62,240 bases of DNA from a virus (lineage: Duplodnaviria > Caudoviricetes). The notes beneath the pieces are model-generated. The model was not told the DNA's origin, did no database searches, and saw nothing but the letters and a program-made list of their open reading frames with translations. The position numbers were made by a program, and so were the translations under genes. This document shows positions 24,574 through 33,898 of this stretch, one piece after another (position 1 is the stretch's first letter; each line of letters starts with the position of its first letter). The stretch spans positions 1 through 62,240 of IMG/VR virus record IMGVR_UViG_3300021225_000301; one strand, written 5' to 3'.

Positions 24574-26397
24574 ATGGCTCTGGTTCTTGCAAACCGTGTC
24601 CAAGAATCGGCCACGGCGAATACGACTGTAAGCTTTACGCTGACCGGGGCAGTCACGGGCTTCCAGACGTTCGCAGTCATCGGTAACACGAACACCACCT
24701 ACTACTCGGCGACTGACACGACGGGGCAGTGGGAGGTTGGTCTTGGCACGTACTCCATCACGGGGCCAACCCTCACGCGCACGACCGTCTACGCCTCCAG
24801 CAACTCTGGCAGCGCGGTCACTTTTGTTGGCACGGTCAGCGTCTTCGTCACCTACCCGTCGGGCAAGTCGGTCAATCTGGATGGCAGCGGCAACGTCTCT
24901 GCGCTGGGTACCGTAGCGTCTGGTACGTGGCAAGGTTCGACCATTGGCGTGGCGTATGGCGGCACTGGGGTTACGACCTCGTCTGGCGCTAACTCGGTGA
25001 TGCTGCGGGACGCCAACCAGAACGTGGCGGTCAACCGGCTCAACCAGTCCAACACGGCCACGACGGCGGCGGGCGGCACGACGGCCCTGACTGCGGCATC
25101 GAGCTACTCGCAGACCCTCAACGGCACGGGCAACCAGACCTATACGATGCCGGATGCGACCACCCTGACGACGGGCGTGGCGTTCATCTTCAACAACAAC
25201 GCTACCGGCATCCTGACCCTTCGGGACTATGCATCGGGCCTGATTGGCACCGTCACCTCGGGTGGCGCGTGTGAGCTGGTTCTGCTGGCCAACGGCACAG
25301 TGGGCGGTACTTGGGACGTTCACGGGTTCCTGCCGGAAGATGTCACTTGGGGTACGAACTCCCTGACGTTGGGTTCGACCGTCATCACCGGCGGCACATG
25401 GCAAGGCGGTACCATTCAGCCAGCCTACGGCGGCACGGGTTTGACCACGTTCGTCGGGGCCAACAACGCTCTGTACTCCACTGGCGCATCCACTTTGACT
25501 GCGGGTACCCTGCCTGTGGCTGCGGGCGGCACGGGCCTGACGGTGGGCACCTCTGGCGGGGTTCTCTACTACTCTGCGTCGGGTACGTTGGCATCATCTG
25601 CCGCGCTAGCTGCAAGCTCTCTAGTTGTAGGTGGTGGCGCAGGGGTAGCTCCTTCCACGATCACGACCGGCACGGGTGTGACGACGGCGCTGGGCACCAA
25701 CGTTGGTACTGCTGGCTCGTTCGTTGTCAATGGCGGCGCACTGGGTACTCCGTCTTCGGGTACGCTAACCAACGCAACTGGCCTGCCAATCTCGACTGGC
25801 GTATCGGGCCTTGGAACGAACGTCGCTTCTGCGCTGGGCACTAACGTCGGCACTGCTGGCTCGTTCGTTGTCAACGGCGGGGCGCTGGGAACTCCATCTT
25901 CTGGGACTCTGACTAACGCGACCGGCCTTCCCTTGACGACTGGCGTGACGGGAACCCTAGCGATCACCAATGGTGGCACGGGACAGACCACTGCCAACTC
26001 CGCGTTTAACGCATTGGCACCTAGTCAAGCGACGAACTCTGGCAAGTACCTGACCACTAACGGCACGGATACTTCTTGGGCCGCCGTCACTGCGTCGGTG
26101 AACCTCACCAACGATATCAGCACGGCAACGAGCGTCTACCCTCTTTTTGCTACCGCAACCTCCGGTACGATTTCAACCGTCTACACCAGCAACGCCAACT
26201 TGCTGTACAAGCCCAGCATCGGTGAGTTGAGTGCCAACGTGCATCGATCCAGCAACGGTATCAATGTGAATAGCCAAACGATCAGCTCAAACTACACGAT
26301 TGCTTCTGGCGATAACGGCGGCTCGTTTGGACCCGTCACGGTTGCTTCTGGCGTTACAGTAACTGTTTCTTCTGGCTCTGTTTGGACGGTGGTGTGA
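24574..26397 (+). CDS. Tail fibre protein
   Basis: MALVLANRVQES, WEVGLGTY, repeated GGTG fibre motifs, C-terminal GPVTVASGVTVTVSSGSVWTVV. Confidence 0.8.
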   Translation: MALVLANRVQESATANTTVSFTLTGAVTGFQTFAVIGNTNTTYYSATDTTGQWEVGLGTYSITGPTLTRTTVYASSNSGSAVTFVGTVSVFVTYPSGKSVNLDGSGNVSALGTVASGTWQGSTIGVAYGGTGVTTSSGANSVMLRDANQNVAVNRLNQSNTATTAAGGTTALTAASSYSQTLNGTGNQTYTMPDATTLTTGVAFIFNNNATGILTLRDYASGLIGTVTSGGACELVLLANGTVGGTWDVHGFLPEDVTWGTNSLTLGSTVITGGTWQGGTIQPAYGGTGLTTFVGANNALYSTGASTLTAGTLPVAAGGTGLTVGTSGGVLYYSASGTLASSAALAASSLVVGGGAGVAPSTITTGTGVTTALGTNVGTAGSFVVNGGALGTPSSGTLTNATGLPISTGVSGLGTNVASALGTNVGTAGSFVVNGGALGTPSSGTLTNATGLPLTTGVTGTLAITNGGTGQTTANSAFNALAPSQATNSGKYLTTNGTDTSWAAVTASVNLTNDISTATSVYPLFATATSGTISTVYTSNANLLYKPSIGELSANVHRSSNGINVNSQTISSNYTIASGDNGGSFGPVTVASGVTVTVSSGSVWTVV

Positions 26398-26398
26398 T

Positions 26399-27085
26399 AT
26401 GCCTGTAACTATCAACGGTAGCAGTGGTGTAACCGCTAACGACGGCAGTGTTTTTACGACCGCCTCCGGTAACGTTGGGATTGGGACGTCTTCTCCGGGG
26501 CAGCGTTTACAGATCACCAACACGTCTTCATCTGGATTCGCAGCCATCCGCATGGCGGCGGATTCACGAACTTATGATGTCGGCGTTGGCGGCTCCGCTT
26601 CTGGGTTTCAGCAGAACAATTGGTACGTCTATGACGTTACCGCAGCAGCTACCCGTATGGTTGTTGACAGCAGCGGTCGGGTGCTCATGCCTTTCCAGCC
26701 TGCATTTCATGCATATCGAGACACCGCTTTCAATGCAGGGAGTGGTGTCATTGTTTTCCCAACAGTCCTTACCAATATCGGTTCCGGGTACAACAACTCC
26801 ACCGGACGCTTTACCGCCCCGGTGGCAGGCACTTACCTGATTCTTGTATCTTTCTTCACCAATATCGCCAACGCAGCGATTGATTTTCGCATCAACGTGA
26901 ATGGTGGAAACGTGGGCGGAAACGCTACGACCGGCACAACAACCGTAACGCGAGACTGCCACGCGTACATCGTGTACACGCTGGCCGTTAACGACTACGT
27001 CACCGTAGATGCGGCGGGTTTCGGCCTAAACATCCCTTCTGGGATTGGCATCTTCCAAACATTCTCTGGTCATCTGATTGGATAA
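26399..27085 (+). CDS. Fibre tip protein with C1q-like domain (1)
   Basis: GNVGIGTSSP; PFQPAFHA, TGRFTAPVAGTY, FSGHLIG. Confidence 0.8.
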   Translation: MPVTINGSSGVTANDGSVFTTASGNVGIGTSSPGQRLQITNTSSSGFAAIRMAADSRTYDVGVGGSASGFQQNNWYVYDVTAAATRMVVDSSGRVLMPFQPAFHAYRDTAFNAGSGVIVFPTVLTNIGSGYNNSTGRFTAPVAGTYLILVSFFTNIANAAIDFRINVNGGNVGGNATTGTTTVTRDCHAYIVYTLAVNDYVTVDAAGFGLNIPSGIGIFQTFSGHLIG

Positions 27086-27088
27086 ATC

Positions 27089-27349
27089 ATGACAAAAACG
27101 TACACCGTAACGCTTACCGACGCAGAAGATAAAGCGCTGCATGTCGTGGCCGTCTCGGCCCAAGAGTGGATTGATAACGCTGTCCATGCCCGGTGTCAAG
27201 TTGCGATGGATGCCATCATTGCTGACGAAGTAAAACGCAAGCTGGACGCTGGGGAACCAATTACCGGGTCCAAAGACGACATCGTGCTGGCGGCGCAGGT
27301 TGAATCAGCCGCTGATCGAAATCAACGCATCACAAGCGCGCTGGGCTAA
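27089..27349 (+). CDS. Small partner protein of C1q fibre (1)
   Basis: YTVTLTDAEDKAL...WIDNAVHARC; paralog of 29614-29892. Confidence 0.75.
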   Translation: MTKTYTVTLTDAEDKALHVVAVSAQEWIDNAVHARCQVAMDAIIADEVKRKLDAGEPITGSKDDIVLAAQVESAADRNQRITSALG

Positions 27350-27351
27350 AT

Positions 27352-28452
27352 ATGAGTCTAAAACTCAACTCCTCCGGTGGTGGCAGTGTTACTCTGCAAG
27401 AACCAGTCACGGCCAGCAACCAAACCTTGACCCTGCCAAACACGACGGGGACGGTTACTGCGACTGATAGTTCGGGTAACTTGACTGTCACCGGCTCTGT
27501 AAACGCCGGAGGGACAGGCGCAAACACAATTCCTTCAGGCACTACTGCGGAACGTCCCGGAACGCCTACGGCCGGGATGACGCGGTTCAATACAACGCTG
27601 GGGACTGCGGAGTACTACACGGGCACTGCGTGGGCGACCTACGGGACACTTTCTGCTCCTGCTGTTGCAATGTTGATTGTTGCGGGGGGCGGTGGTGGAG
27701 GTTCTAACAACGGTGGCGGCGGTGCTGGCGGCGTTGTTTATTTCTCTGGTGCGGTTGTCGCAAGCGGGGTAACGTATACCGTCACTGTTGGTGGCGGCGG
27801 CGCAGGCTCCGGCACTATTGGTGTTAACGGAACAAGCGGAAGCAACTCCAGCGTCACAAACTTTACGACTGCAATTGGCGGTGGAGGTGGCGGTTCGTTT
27901 AGTAACAGCGGCGCAAACACCGGCTCTAACGGTGGCTCTGGTGGTGGCGGCGGTGGTGCTGACGGTGGACGCGCAACACCTCAGGGCGGTTCTGGCACAT
28001 TTGGACAAGGATTTAACGGCGGTAACGGCGTATCTCTAAACTCAACCAACGGAGGCGGCGGTGGTGGAGGCGCTGGAGCGGCTGGTAGTAACGGCTCTGG
28101 CTCTGTTGCTGGAGCAGGCGGCGTTGGAGCGTCATACTCCATTACTGGTTCTGCCGTGTTTTATGGCGGTGGTGGTGGCGGTGGCTCTAACGGCGGTACC
28201 GCAGGCGCTGGGGGCAACGGTGGCGGCGGAAACGGTACCAATAGCGGCACTGGCGGAAGTGGTACGGCAAATACTGGCGGCGGTGCTGGCGCAGGCGGCG
28301 CTTCTACTGGCGGCACCGGCGGTTCTGGTGTTGTAGTCATCGCTTACCCCAACACTTTCAAAGCAGCTACCACAACTGGCACTGTCACCTTGACCAACAC
28401 CGGAGGAAACTACGTGTACCGATTTACTGGCTCGGGCACGATTGTCTTCTAA
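27352..28452 (+). CDS. Glycine-rich fibre/adhesin protein
   Basis: GTTAERP..P.AGM.RFNTT, IVAGGGGGG, ANTGGG, GGSGVVVIAY, YRFTGSGT. Confidence 0.8.
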   Translation: MSLKLNSSGGGSVTLQEPVTASNQTLTLPNTTGTVTATDSSGNLTVTGSVNAGGTGANTIPSGTTAERPGTPTAGMTRFNTTLGTAEYYTGTAWATYGTLSAPAVAMLIVAGGGGGGSNNGGGGAGGVVYFSGAVVASGVTYTVTVGGGGAGSGTIGVNGTSGSNSSVTNFTTAIGGGGGGSFSNSGANTGSNGGSGGGGGGADGGRATPQGGSGTFGQGFNGGNGVSLNSTNGGGGGGGAGAAGSNGSGSVAGAGGVGASYSITGSAVFYGGGGGGGSNGGTAGAGGNGGGGNGTNSGTGGSGTANTGGGAGAGGASTGGTGGSGVVVIAYPNTFKAATTTGTVTLTNTGGNYVYRFTGSGTIVF

Positions 28453-28461
28453 GGATCAGAG

Positions 28462-28806
28462 ATGAGTCATTTTGCAAAAGTTCTGAACGGTAAAGTGGTG
28501 CAAGTCATTGTTGCAGAGCCGGAGTTTTTCTCCTCTTTTGTTGACACCAGCCCCGGCGAATGGATTCAGACCAGCTACAACACCTATGGTGGGCAGCATC
28601 CCGAAGGCCGCCCCTTGCGAAAGAACTACGCTGGCGTGGGTTTTACCTATGACAGGGAGCGCGACGCCTTCTACGCTCCGCAGCCATACCCGTCATGGTC
28701 TTTGAATGAGGATACATGTCTGTGGATGCCGCCTGTTGCCAAACCCGATGATGGAAAGTATTACGCATGGGATGAGGCCAGCCAAATTTGGGTGGAGCAA
28801 GCATGA
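28462..28806 (+). CDS. Partner/chaperone of the glycine-rich fibre
   Basis: MSHFAKV, WIQTSYN, RKNYAGVG.TYD, PQPYPSW. Confidence 0.75.
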   Translation: MSHFAKVLNGKVVQVIVAEPEFFSSFVDTSPGEWIQTSYNTYGGQHPEGRPLRKNYAGVGFTYDRERDAFYAPQPYPSWSLNEDTCLWMPPVAKPDDGKYYAWDEASQIWVEQA

Positions 28807-29609
28807 GCACTTTAAAAACAAACAACGTGCAGGTGGGACAGTCCGTTACCGCCACCAACAACTTCACGCTGTATCAGCCTTCTACTCCTGACGGCACAGT
28901 GCGTCTGGGTGTGGGCAACTCCGGGGCTACTACGCTGGATGTTGTAGCAGTAACATCTGCGGGAAACGTAGGCATTGGAACGAATTCCCCAGTCCAAAAA
29001 CTAGAGGTTTCTGGCTCCGCAGATTTCACAACAAACGTTGGAAACGGTAACGGTATAAGGATTAGAACCCCAAGTGGTAGTGGGTCCGCTGCGATTATTC
29101 AATTCACCAACAACCCAGTCACGGCGCAGTGGGGGTACATCACTTCTCCTGCCGCTGGGGTCCTTACTTTTGGTAACGCTTTTGAATACGTTCGAATGGA
29201 TAGCGGCGGGCGTGTCACGATGCCATACCAGCCGTATTACGTCGGGGTGGATCGCGCAAGCACTTATTCTGGATCGGGCACAGTTTGGGTTCACTCTACG
29301 ACCAGAGTTAACACTGGTAGTTGCATGAACACCAGTACCGGCGTTTTTACATGCCCGATTGCTGGACGCTATTTGGTGATGTTTCATGTGCTGACGCGTG
29401 CCAACGCAGCGCATAACGTAGCCATACAAAAAAATGGAACTACTTGGGTTGCTGGCCGCGATATTACACCTAGTGGTGAACAATGTACCGGGGCTTGGAG
29501 CGTTGTGGATTGCGCGGCCAATGACCAACTTCGTATTTTTGTTGATTGTGATGTGACTGGCGATTTTTGGTCTACATACAACGCAACGACAATGATGCTT
29601 ATCAGCTAA
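28803..29609 (+). CDS. Fibre tip protein with C1q-like domain (2)
   Basis: GNVGIGTNSP; MPYQP, TGVFTCPIAGRY. Confidence 0.75.
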   Translation: MSTLKTNNVQVGQSVTATNNFTLYQPSTPDGTVRLGVGNSGATTLDVVAVTSAGNVGIGTNSPVQKLEVSGSADFTTNVGNGNGIRIRTPSGSGSAAIIQFTNNPVTAQWGYITSPAAGVLTFGNAFEYVRMDSGGRVTMPYQPYYVGVDRASTYSGSGTVWVHSTTRVNTGSCMNTSTGVFTCPIAGRYLVMFHVLTRANAAHNVAIQKNGTTWVAGRDITPSGEQCTGAWSVVDCAANDQLRIFVDCDVTGDFWSTYNATTMMLIS

Positions 29610-29613
29610 AGGA

Positions 29614-29892
29614 ATGGACATGGATTTCACCGTTACTCTGACCGACGCAGAACATAAAGCCTTGGCTTTTGTTGCGCTAGACCCCGCGCAGTGGATTGAT
29701 AGCGCTGCGCACGAACGCTGCCGTGTGGCTATGGATGAGATCGTGCAAATTTGTGTAGCCAAGTGTCTAGAGGCGGGCGTGCCAATCCCCGGATCAAAGG
29801 ATGCGATGGTTGAGCTTGCATACGCTCAGGGCTGGATTGAAACCGCCGAACAGCGACAAGCGATGGCACAACAGTCTATGGCGCGTGGATAA
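29614..29892 (+). CDS. Small partner protein of C1q fibre (2)
   Basis: FTVTLTDAEHKAL...WIDSAAHERC. Confidence 0.75.
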   Translation: MDMDFTVTLTDAEHKALAFVALDPAQWIDSAAHERCRVAMDEIVQICVAKCLEAGVPIPGSKDAMVELAYAQGWIETAEQRQAMAQQSMARG

Positions 29893-30857
29893 TGTTCGGT
29901 ATCGCCAGTTTTGCTCAGGTACCTTTCGCGTCACTCGCGGGGAATGCCTTTGCGCTGGCGCTTACTGAGAACCTGACCTCTGCCGATTCCAGCACCCAAC
30001 TATCCGCGTTCCTTCAGTCCCGTACTGAAGACGTTGTGATGGGGGACGTTGCGTCCTTCGCGGGATCGTTCTTTGGCAGCGTCACCGAGAACCTGAACTC
30101 TGCCGACTCCAGCACGCAGCTATCGACCTTCTTGCAGTCCATCAGCGAGGACTCCAACCTAGCTGACGCCCAGACCATCATGGCCCAGTTTGCCCAGTCC
30201 GTCACGGAAAACAGCAATCTGGCCGACGCCTTTGAGGTGTACTCCGCCTTCTTGCAGTCGCTCACCGAGGGTTCTACGCTGGATGACTCCAGCACCCAGC
30301 AGTCTGCGTTCTTTCAGTCCATCACCGAGAACAGCGCTCTGGATGATGTGCGGACCATCACGGCCCAGTTTGCTGCGTCTATAACCGAAAACGTAACGGT
30401 TGAGGATATCAACGCCATCGCCGCTCAGTTCGCTGCGGCTGTTACTGAGAACACGACGGTTGCTGATCTGGCCACCGCCATCAACGTGTTTGTGGCTGCA
30501 GTCACTGAAAACTTGAACAGCGCCGATGTTACGACGGCGTTTGTGATTTTCACGGCCTCTGTTTTTGAGAACCTGAACAGCGCCTCCGTCCAAACGGTTA
30601 CGGCGGCATTCAATGTGGCGGTGGCTGAGAACACGGTCTTGGCCGACAGCTTTGGCGTGGGCGGCTGGATCAAAATCATCAACTCGCAGACCGCCGACTG
30701 GGTCAACATCAACGATCCCCAGAACCCCGGATGGGCAGCGATCAGCAACGCGCAGGCTTCGGGCTGGGTGGTCATCCCCAACAGTCAGACTTCAGGCTGG
30801 ACCGGCATAGATGACGCCCAGAACCCCGGCTGGCAGAATATCAACAATTCCCAATAA
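29892..30857 (+). CDS. Repeat-rich virion protein
   Basis: MFG..SFAQ.PFASL, ~19-aa TEN...AD repeats, C-terminal 11-aa Trp repeats. Confidence 0.75.
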   Translation: MFGIASFAQVPFASLAGNAFALALTENLTSADSSTQLSAFLQSRTEDVVMGDVASFAGSFFGSVTENLNSADSSTQLSTFLQSISEDSNLADAQTIMAQFAQSVTENSNLADAFEVYSAFLQSLTEGSTLDDSSTQQSAFFQSITENSALDDVRTITAQFAASITENVTVEDINAIAAQFAAAVTENTTVADLATAINVFVAAVTENLNSADVTTAFVIFTASVFENLNSASVQTVTAAFNVAVAENTVLADSFGVGGWIKIINSQTADWVNINDPQNPGWAAISNAQASGWVVIPNSQTSGWTGIDDAQNPGWQNINNSQ

Positions 30858-30868
30858 GGAGCCTCGCA

Positions 30869-31984
30869 ATGAGCACCTACTCCCCCAGCCTGCGGATCGA
30901 GCTGATCACGACGGGCGACCAAGCCGGTACGTGGGGCAACACGACCAATACGAACCTTGGTACTCTGATTGAGTCTGCGGTTGCCGGATACACGTCTGTC
31001 TCTGTCATTTCGGCTAACCAAGCGCTCACGGCTTTGAACGGGGCGGAGGATCAGTCGCGCAACATGACTATTGCACTGACGACGACTACCGGGGCCAACT
31101 TTGCGGTCTACGCTCCTCCGGCGGAGAAGGTCTACGTCATCTACAACGCCAGCAGCTACACGGCCACGATCTACAACTCCACAGTCACTGGCAATACGAC
31201 GGCTGCGGGTACAGGAGTAGCTATTCCTGCGGGCAAGACCATGACGGTTTGGTCTGACGGCACCAACTTTGCGGTTCAGAACAGTCACATCATCGGCACG
31301 GTGGTGGGCAACGTCACGGGCAACGTCACGGGCCAGTTGGATGGTTCCATCAGTTCTGCCACTACGGCTACCACCCAAACGCCCGGCACCAACACCACAC
31401 AGGTGGCAACCACGGCGTTTGTCGGAGCAGCGGTTACTGCCGCTACTGGGTCGCTGGGCACGATGTCCACGCAAAACGCCAACAACGTGAACATCACGGG
31501 TGGCACGATTACTGGGTCGTATGGCCTGACGGCAGCAAACGCCACCAACGCCACCAACGCTGTCACTGCCACGAACCAGTCAGGTGGCACTGTGTCGGCA
31601 ACTACGGGTAATTTTTCTAACGTCGTCAACGTCAACACTGGGAGTGCCACCGGTGGTGTAGCGCTTGCAATCCAAAATGGCGGCGACTTGGCGATCTACA
31701 GTGCTGGTAACGCGTCTTCGTGCATCCTGTACAGCGACAACAACAATGAGCTGTACGTCGGTAGTAGCGCCACCGGCCTTATCCGCGCTGGCGGGTTGAT
31801 CGGCCAGTACTCCGGTACCAGCAGCAACATCGGGGCGACATGGTGGGATGCGTCCGGTAGCGCCAATTTTGGAAACGTCGGGGATACCATTTCTGGCAGC
31901 AATTTTGGGCAGCCCGGTTCGTGGTTGATCTTGAACAAAGACCAAGTTAACAGCTACATGTTCTTTATGGTGAGGACCTCCTGA
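30869..31984 (+). CDS. Tail fibre/spike protein
   Basis: MSTYSPSLRIELITTGDQAGTWGNTTNTN, TQVATTAFV, LGTMSTQNA. Confidence 0.8.
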   Translation: MSTYSPSLRIELITTGDQAGTWGNTTNTNLGTLIESAVAGYTSVSVISANQALTALNGAEDQSRNMTIALTTTTGANFAVYAPPAEKVYVIYNASSYTATIYNSTVTGNTTAAGTGVAIPAGKTMTVWSDGTNFAVQNSHIIGTVVGNVTGNVTGQLDGSISSATTATTQTPGTNTTQVATTAFVGAAVTAATGSLGTMSTQNANNVNITGGTITGSYGLTAANATNATNAVTATNQSGGTVSATTGNFSNVVNVNTGSATGGVALAIQNGGDLAIYSAGNASSCILYSDNNNELYVGSSATGLIRAGGLIGQYSGTSSNIGATWWDASGSANFGNVGDTISGSNFGQPGSWLILNKDQVNSYMFFMVRTS

Positions 31985-32367
31985 TGCAGAACTTTGCAGA
32001 AATCAAATCGCCCCAGTGGGCCAACGTTGAGCAGACCATGCTTGACCTTCAGGTTCGTCTAGATGGTTCTGACGTGTTCGTACCGTACTGCGCCATGGTG
32101 TGCGGGGAGACGCAAGCGACTGACCTTTTCAATCGCGCAAGCAACGGTGAGTTTGGTGAGATTGCCCCGGTATCTGTTGCGCGGTACGAAGTCAAAGTGC
32201 GGGGGCAACGCGATGTCTTGCTCCAAGCAAGTGACTGGAGTCAGTTGCCGGATGTCCCGCAGAGCATCAGAGACAAATGGACTCCATATCGTCAGGCGCT
32301 ACGCGACATCCCCAGCCAATCCGGGTTTCCGTTCAACGTCACTTGGCCGACCTCACCCACCGTATAA
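31984..32367 (+). CDS. Tail fibre assembly chaperone
   Basis: RDVLLQASDWSQLPDVP, W..YRQALRDIP.Q.GFP..V.WP. Confidence 0.85.
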   Translation: MQNFAEIKSPQWANVEQTMLDLQVRLDGSDVFVPYCAMVCGETQATDLFNRASNGEFGEIAPVSVARYEVKVRGQRDVLLQASDWSQLPDVPQSIRDKWTPYRQALRDIPSQSGFPFNVTWPTSPTV

Positions 32368-32391
32368 AACTGTGCTAGCTAGTGGCTAATC

Positions 32392-32856
32392 ATGATCGAC
32401 CCAATCACCGCATTTGCCACCGCGCAAGCTGCGGTAGCGGGTATCCAAAAGGCCATCAAGCTGGGCAAGGACATCAACGGCCTTGTCGGCGAGTTTGTCA
32501 AATTTTTTGATGCCAAAGACGTAGTCCAGAAAGCCGCGAACGACAACGCACGAAAGGGCCAATCCGATACCAGCAAGGCCATGGAGATCGTCATGCAGGC
32601 CAATGCTTTGCGTGAAGCGGAAGAGCAGCTAAAGCACCAATTGGTTTACGGCGGTTATCCCGAGCTGTGGGAGATGATGCTTCGGGAGCGCATGAAGATT
32701 CGTCAGGCGCGGGAGAAGGAAGAACGCGCCGCAAGGATTGAGCGCAAACGGGTGGCGGCTCAGAGACTGTTTATTGCGCAGGTTGTTGGCGCGGGCATAA
32801 CGGCACTTATCGCGCTTGTCCTGTTCGTGTTCATTGCGATTCAGATTTTGGGGTAA
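32392..32856 (+). CDS. Membrane protein with C-terminal TM, in the lysis region
   Basis: MIDPITAFA; hydrophobic C-terminus. Confidence 0.7.
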   Translation: MIDPITAFATAQAAVAGIQKAIKLGKDINGLVGEFVKFFDAKDVVQKAANDNARKGQSDTSKAMEIVMQANALREAEEQLKHQLVYGGYPELWEMMLRERMKIRQAREKEERAARIERKRVAAQRLFIAQVVGAGITALIALVLFVFIAIQILG

Positions 32857-32881
32857 CTGTTTTGTCAAGGAGTAAACAGTA

Positions 32882-33370
32882 ATGGAATGGCTTAAACAGA
32901 TCGCGCCCACCATCGCGTCGGCGATGGGTGGCCCTCTTGCGGGTATGGCGGTTTCTGCCATTTCCAAAGCTATTGGGGTGGACGAAGACAAAGTTCAAGA
33001 CCTGATCTCCAGTAACAAAATGACGCCAGAGCAGATCGCGCAGGTCAAGATCGCTGAGATCGAACTCAAGAAGCAAGAGAACGAGCTGGGCCTGAACTTT
33101 GAGAAGCTGGCGACCGAAGACCGTTCCAGCGCCCGTGAGATGCAGATCGCCACACGGTCTATCGTGCCGCCATTACTGGCCGGGACCATCACGTTGGGGT
33201 TCTTTGGCATCCTGATTCTGTTGCTGCTGGGCAAAGTCGAGGGCGACAACAACACCATCCTGATCATGCTGGGCAGTCTTAGTACGGCTTGGACCGGTAT
33301 CATTGCGTACTATTTTGGTTCTAGTGCGGGTTCGCAGGCCAAGACTGAACTTCTCTCGAAAACGAAATGA
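32882..33370 (+). CDS. Putative holin
   Basis: APTIASAMGGPLAG, DRSSAREMQ, two TM helices, YYFGSS; coupled to the endolysin gene. Confidence 0.7.
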   Translation: MEWLKQIAPTIASAMGGPLAGMAVSAISKAIGVDEDKVQDLISSNKMTPEQIAQVKIAEIELKKQENELGLNFEKLATEDRSSAREMQIATRSIVPPLLAGTITLGFFGILILLLLGKVEGDNNTILIMLGSLSTAWTGIIAYYFGSSAGSQAKTELLSKTK

Positions 33371-33888
33371 AAGAAAACTTCGACTCCGCTCTGGCTGCCA
33401 TCCTTCACCATGAGGGAGGCTTTGTGAACCATCCGGCTGATCCCGGTGGGATGACCAATCTGGGCGTCACCAAGCGCGTCTGGGAAGAGTGGGTGGGCCA
33501 CGAAGTGGACGAGAAGACCATGCGGGCGCTGACCCCTGAGACTGTTGCGCCGATGTACAAAACCAAGTACTGGGATCGGATCAGGGGCGACGACCTGCCG
33601 ACTGGAGTGGACTACATCGTGTTTGATGCGGCGATCAACTCCGGGCCGGGTCGGGCTTCCAAGTGGCTCCAGCAGTGCGTGGGGGCGGTCCCGGATGGGG
33701 CGATTGGTGCTGGCACGCTGGGCAAAGTAGCCGCTATGCCTGCGGAGGATATTGTGGAAAAATACCAGCAAATTCGCTTGGAGTTCCTGCAATCTCTCCC
33801 GACTTGGGAAACCTTTGGAAAAGGGTGGGGTCGCCGGGTCCAAGAGGTCCAAGTCACTGCCGCCAAGATGACAGATTCTGCGGCGTAA
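33367..33888 (+). CDS. Endolysin, glycoside hydrolase family 108 with PG-binding domain
   Basis: HEGGFVNHPADPGGMTNLGVT, FDAAINSG, DG.IG, FGKGW.RR. Confidence 0.92.
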   Translation: MKENFDSALAAILHHEGGFVNHPADPGGMTNLGVTKRVWEEWVGHEVDEKTMRALTPETVAPMYKTKYWDRIRGDDLPTGVDYIVFDAAINSGPGRASKWLQQCVGAVPDGAIGAGTLGKVAAMPAEDIVEKYQQIRLEFLQSLPTWETFGKGWGRRVQEVQVTAAKMTDSAA

Positions 33889-33898
33889 GGGCGCATCC

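Noticed and set aside
25687-25932. Tandem duplication ALGTNVGTAGSFVVNGGALGTPSSGTLTNATGLP in the tail fibre
   Set aside because: Real, but an ordinary fibre repeat with synonymous divergence.
26399-29609. Diversity-generating retroelement acting on the two C1q genes
   Set aside because: No reverse transcriptase and no near-identical TR/VR pair differing at adenines.
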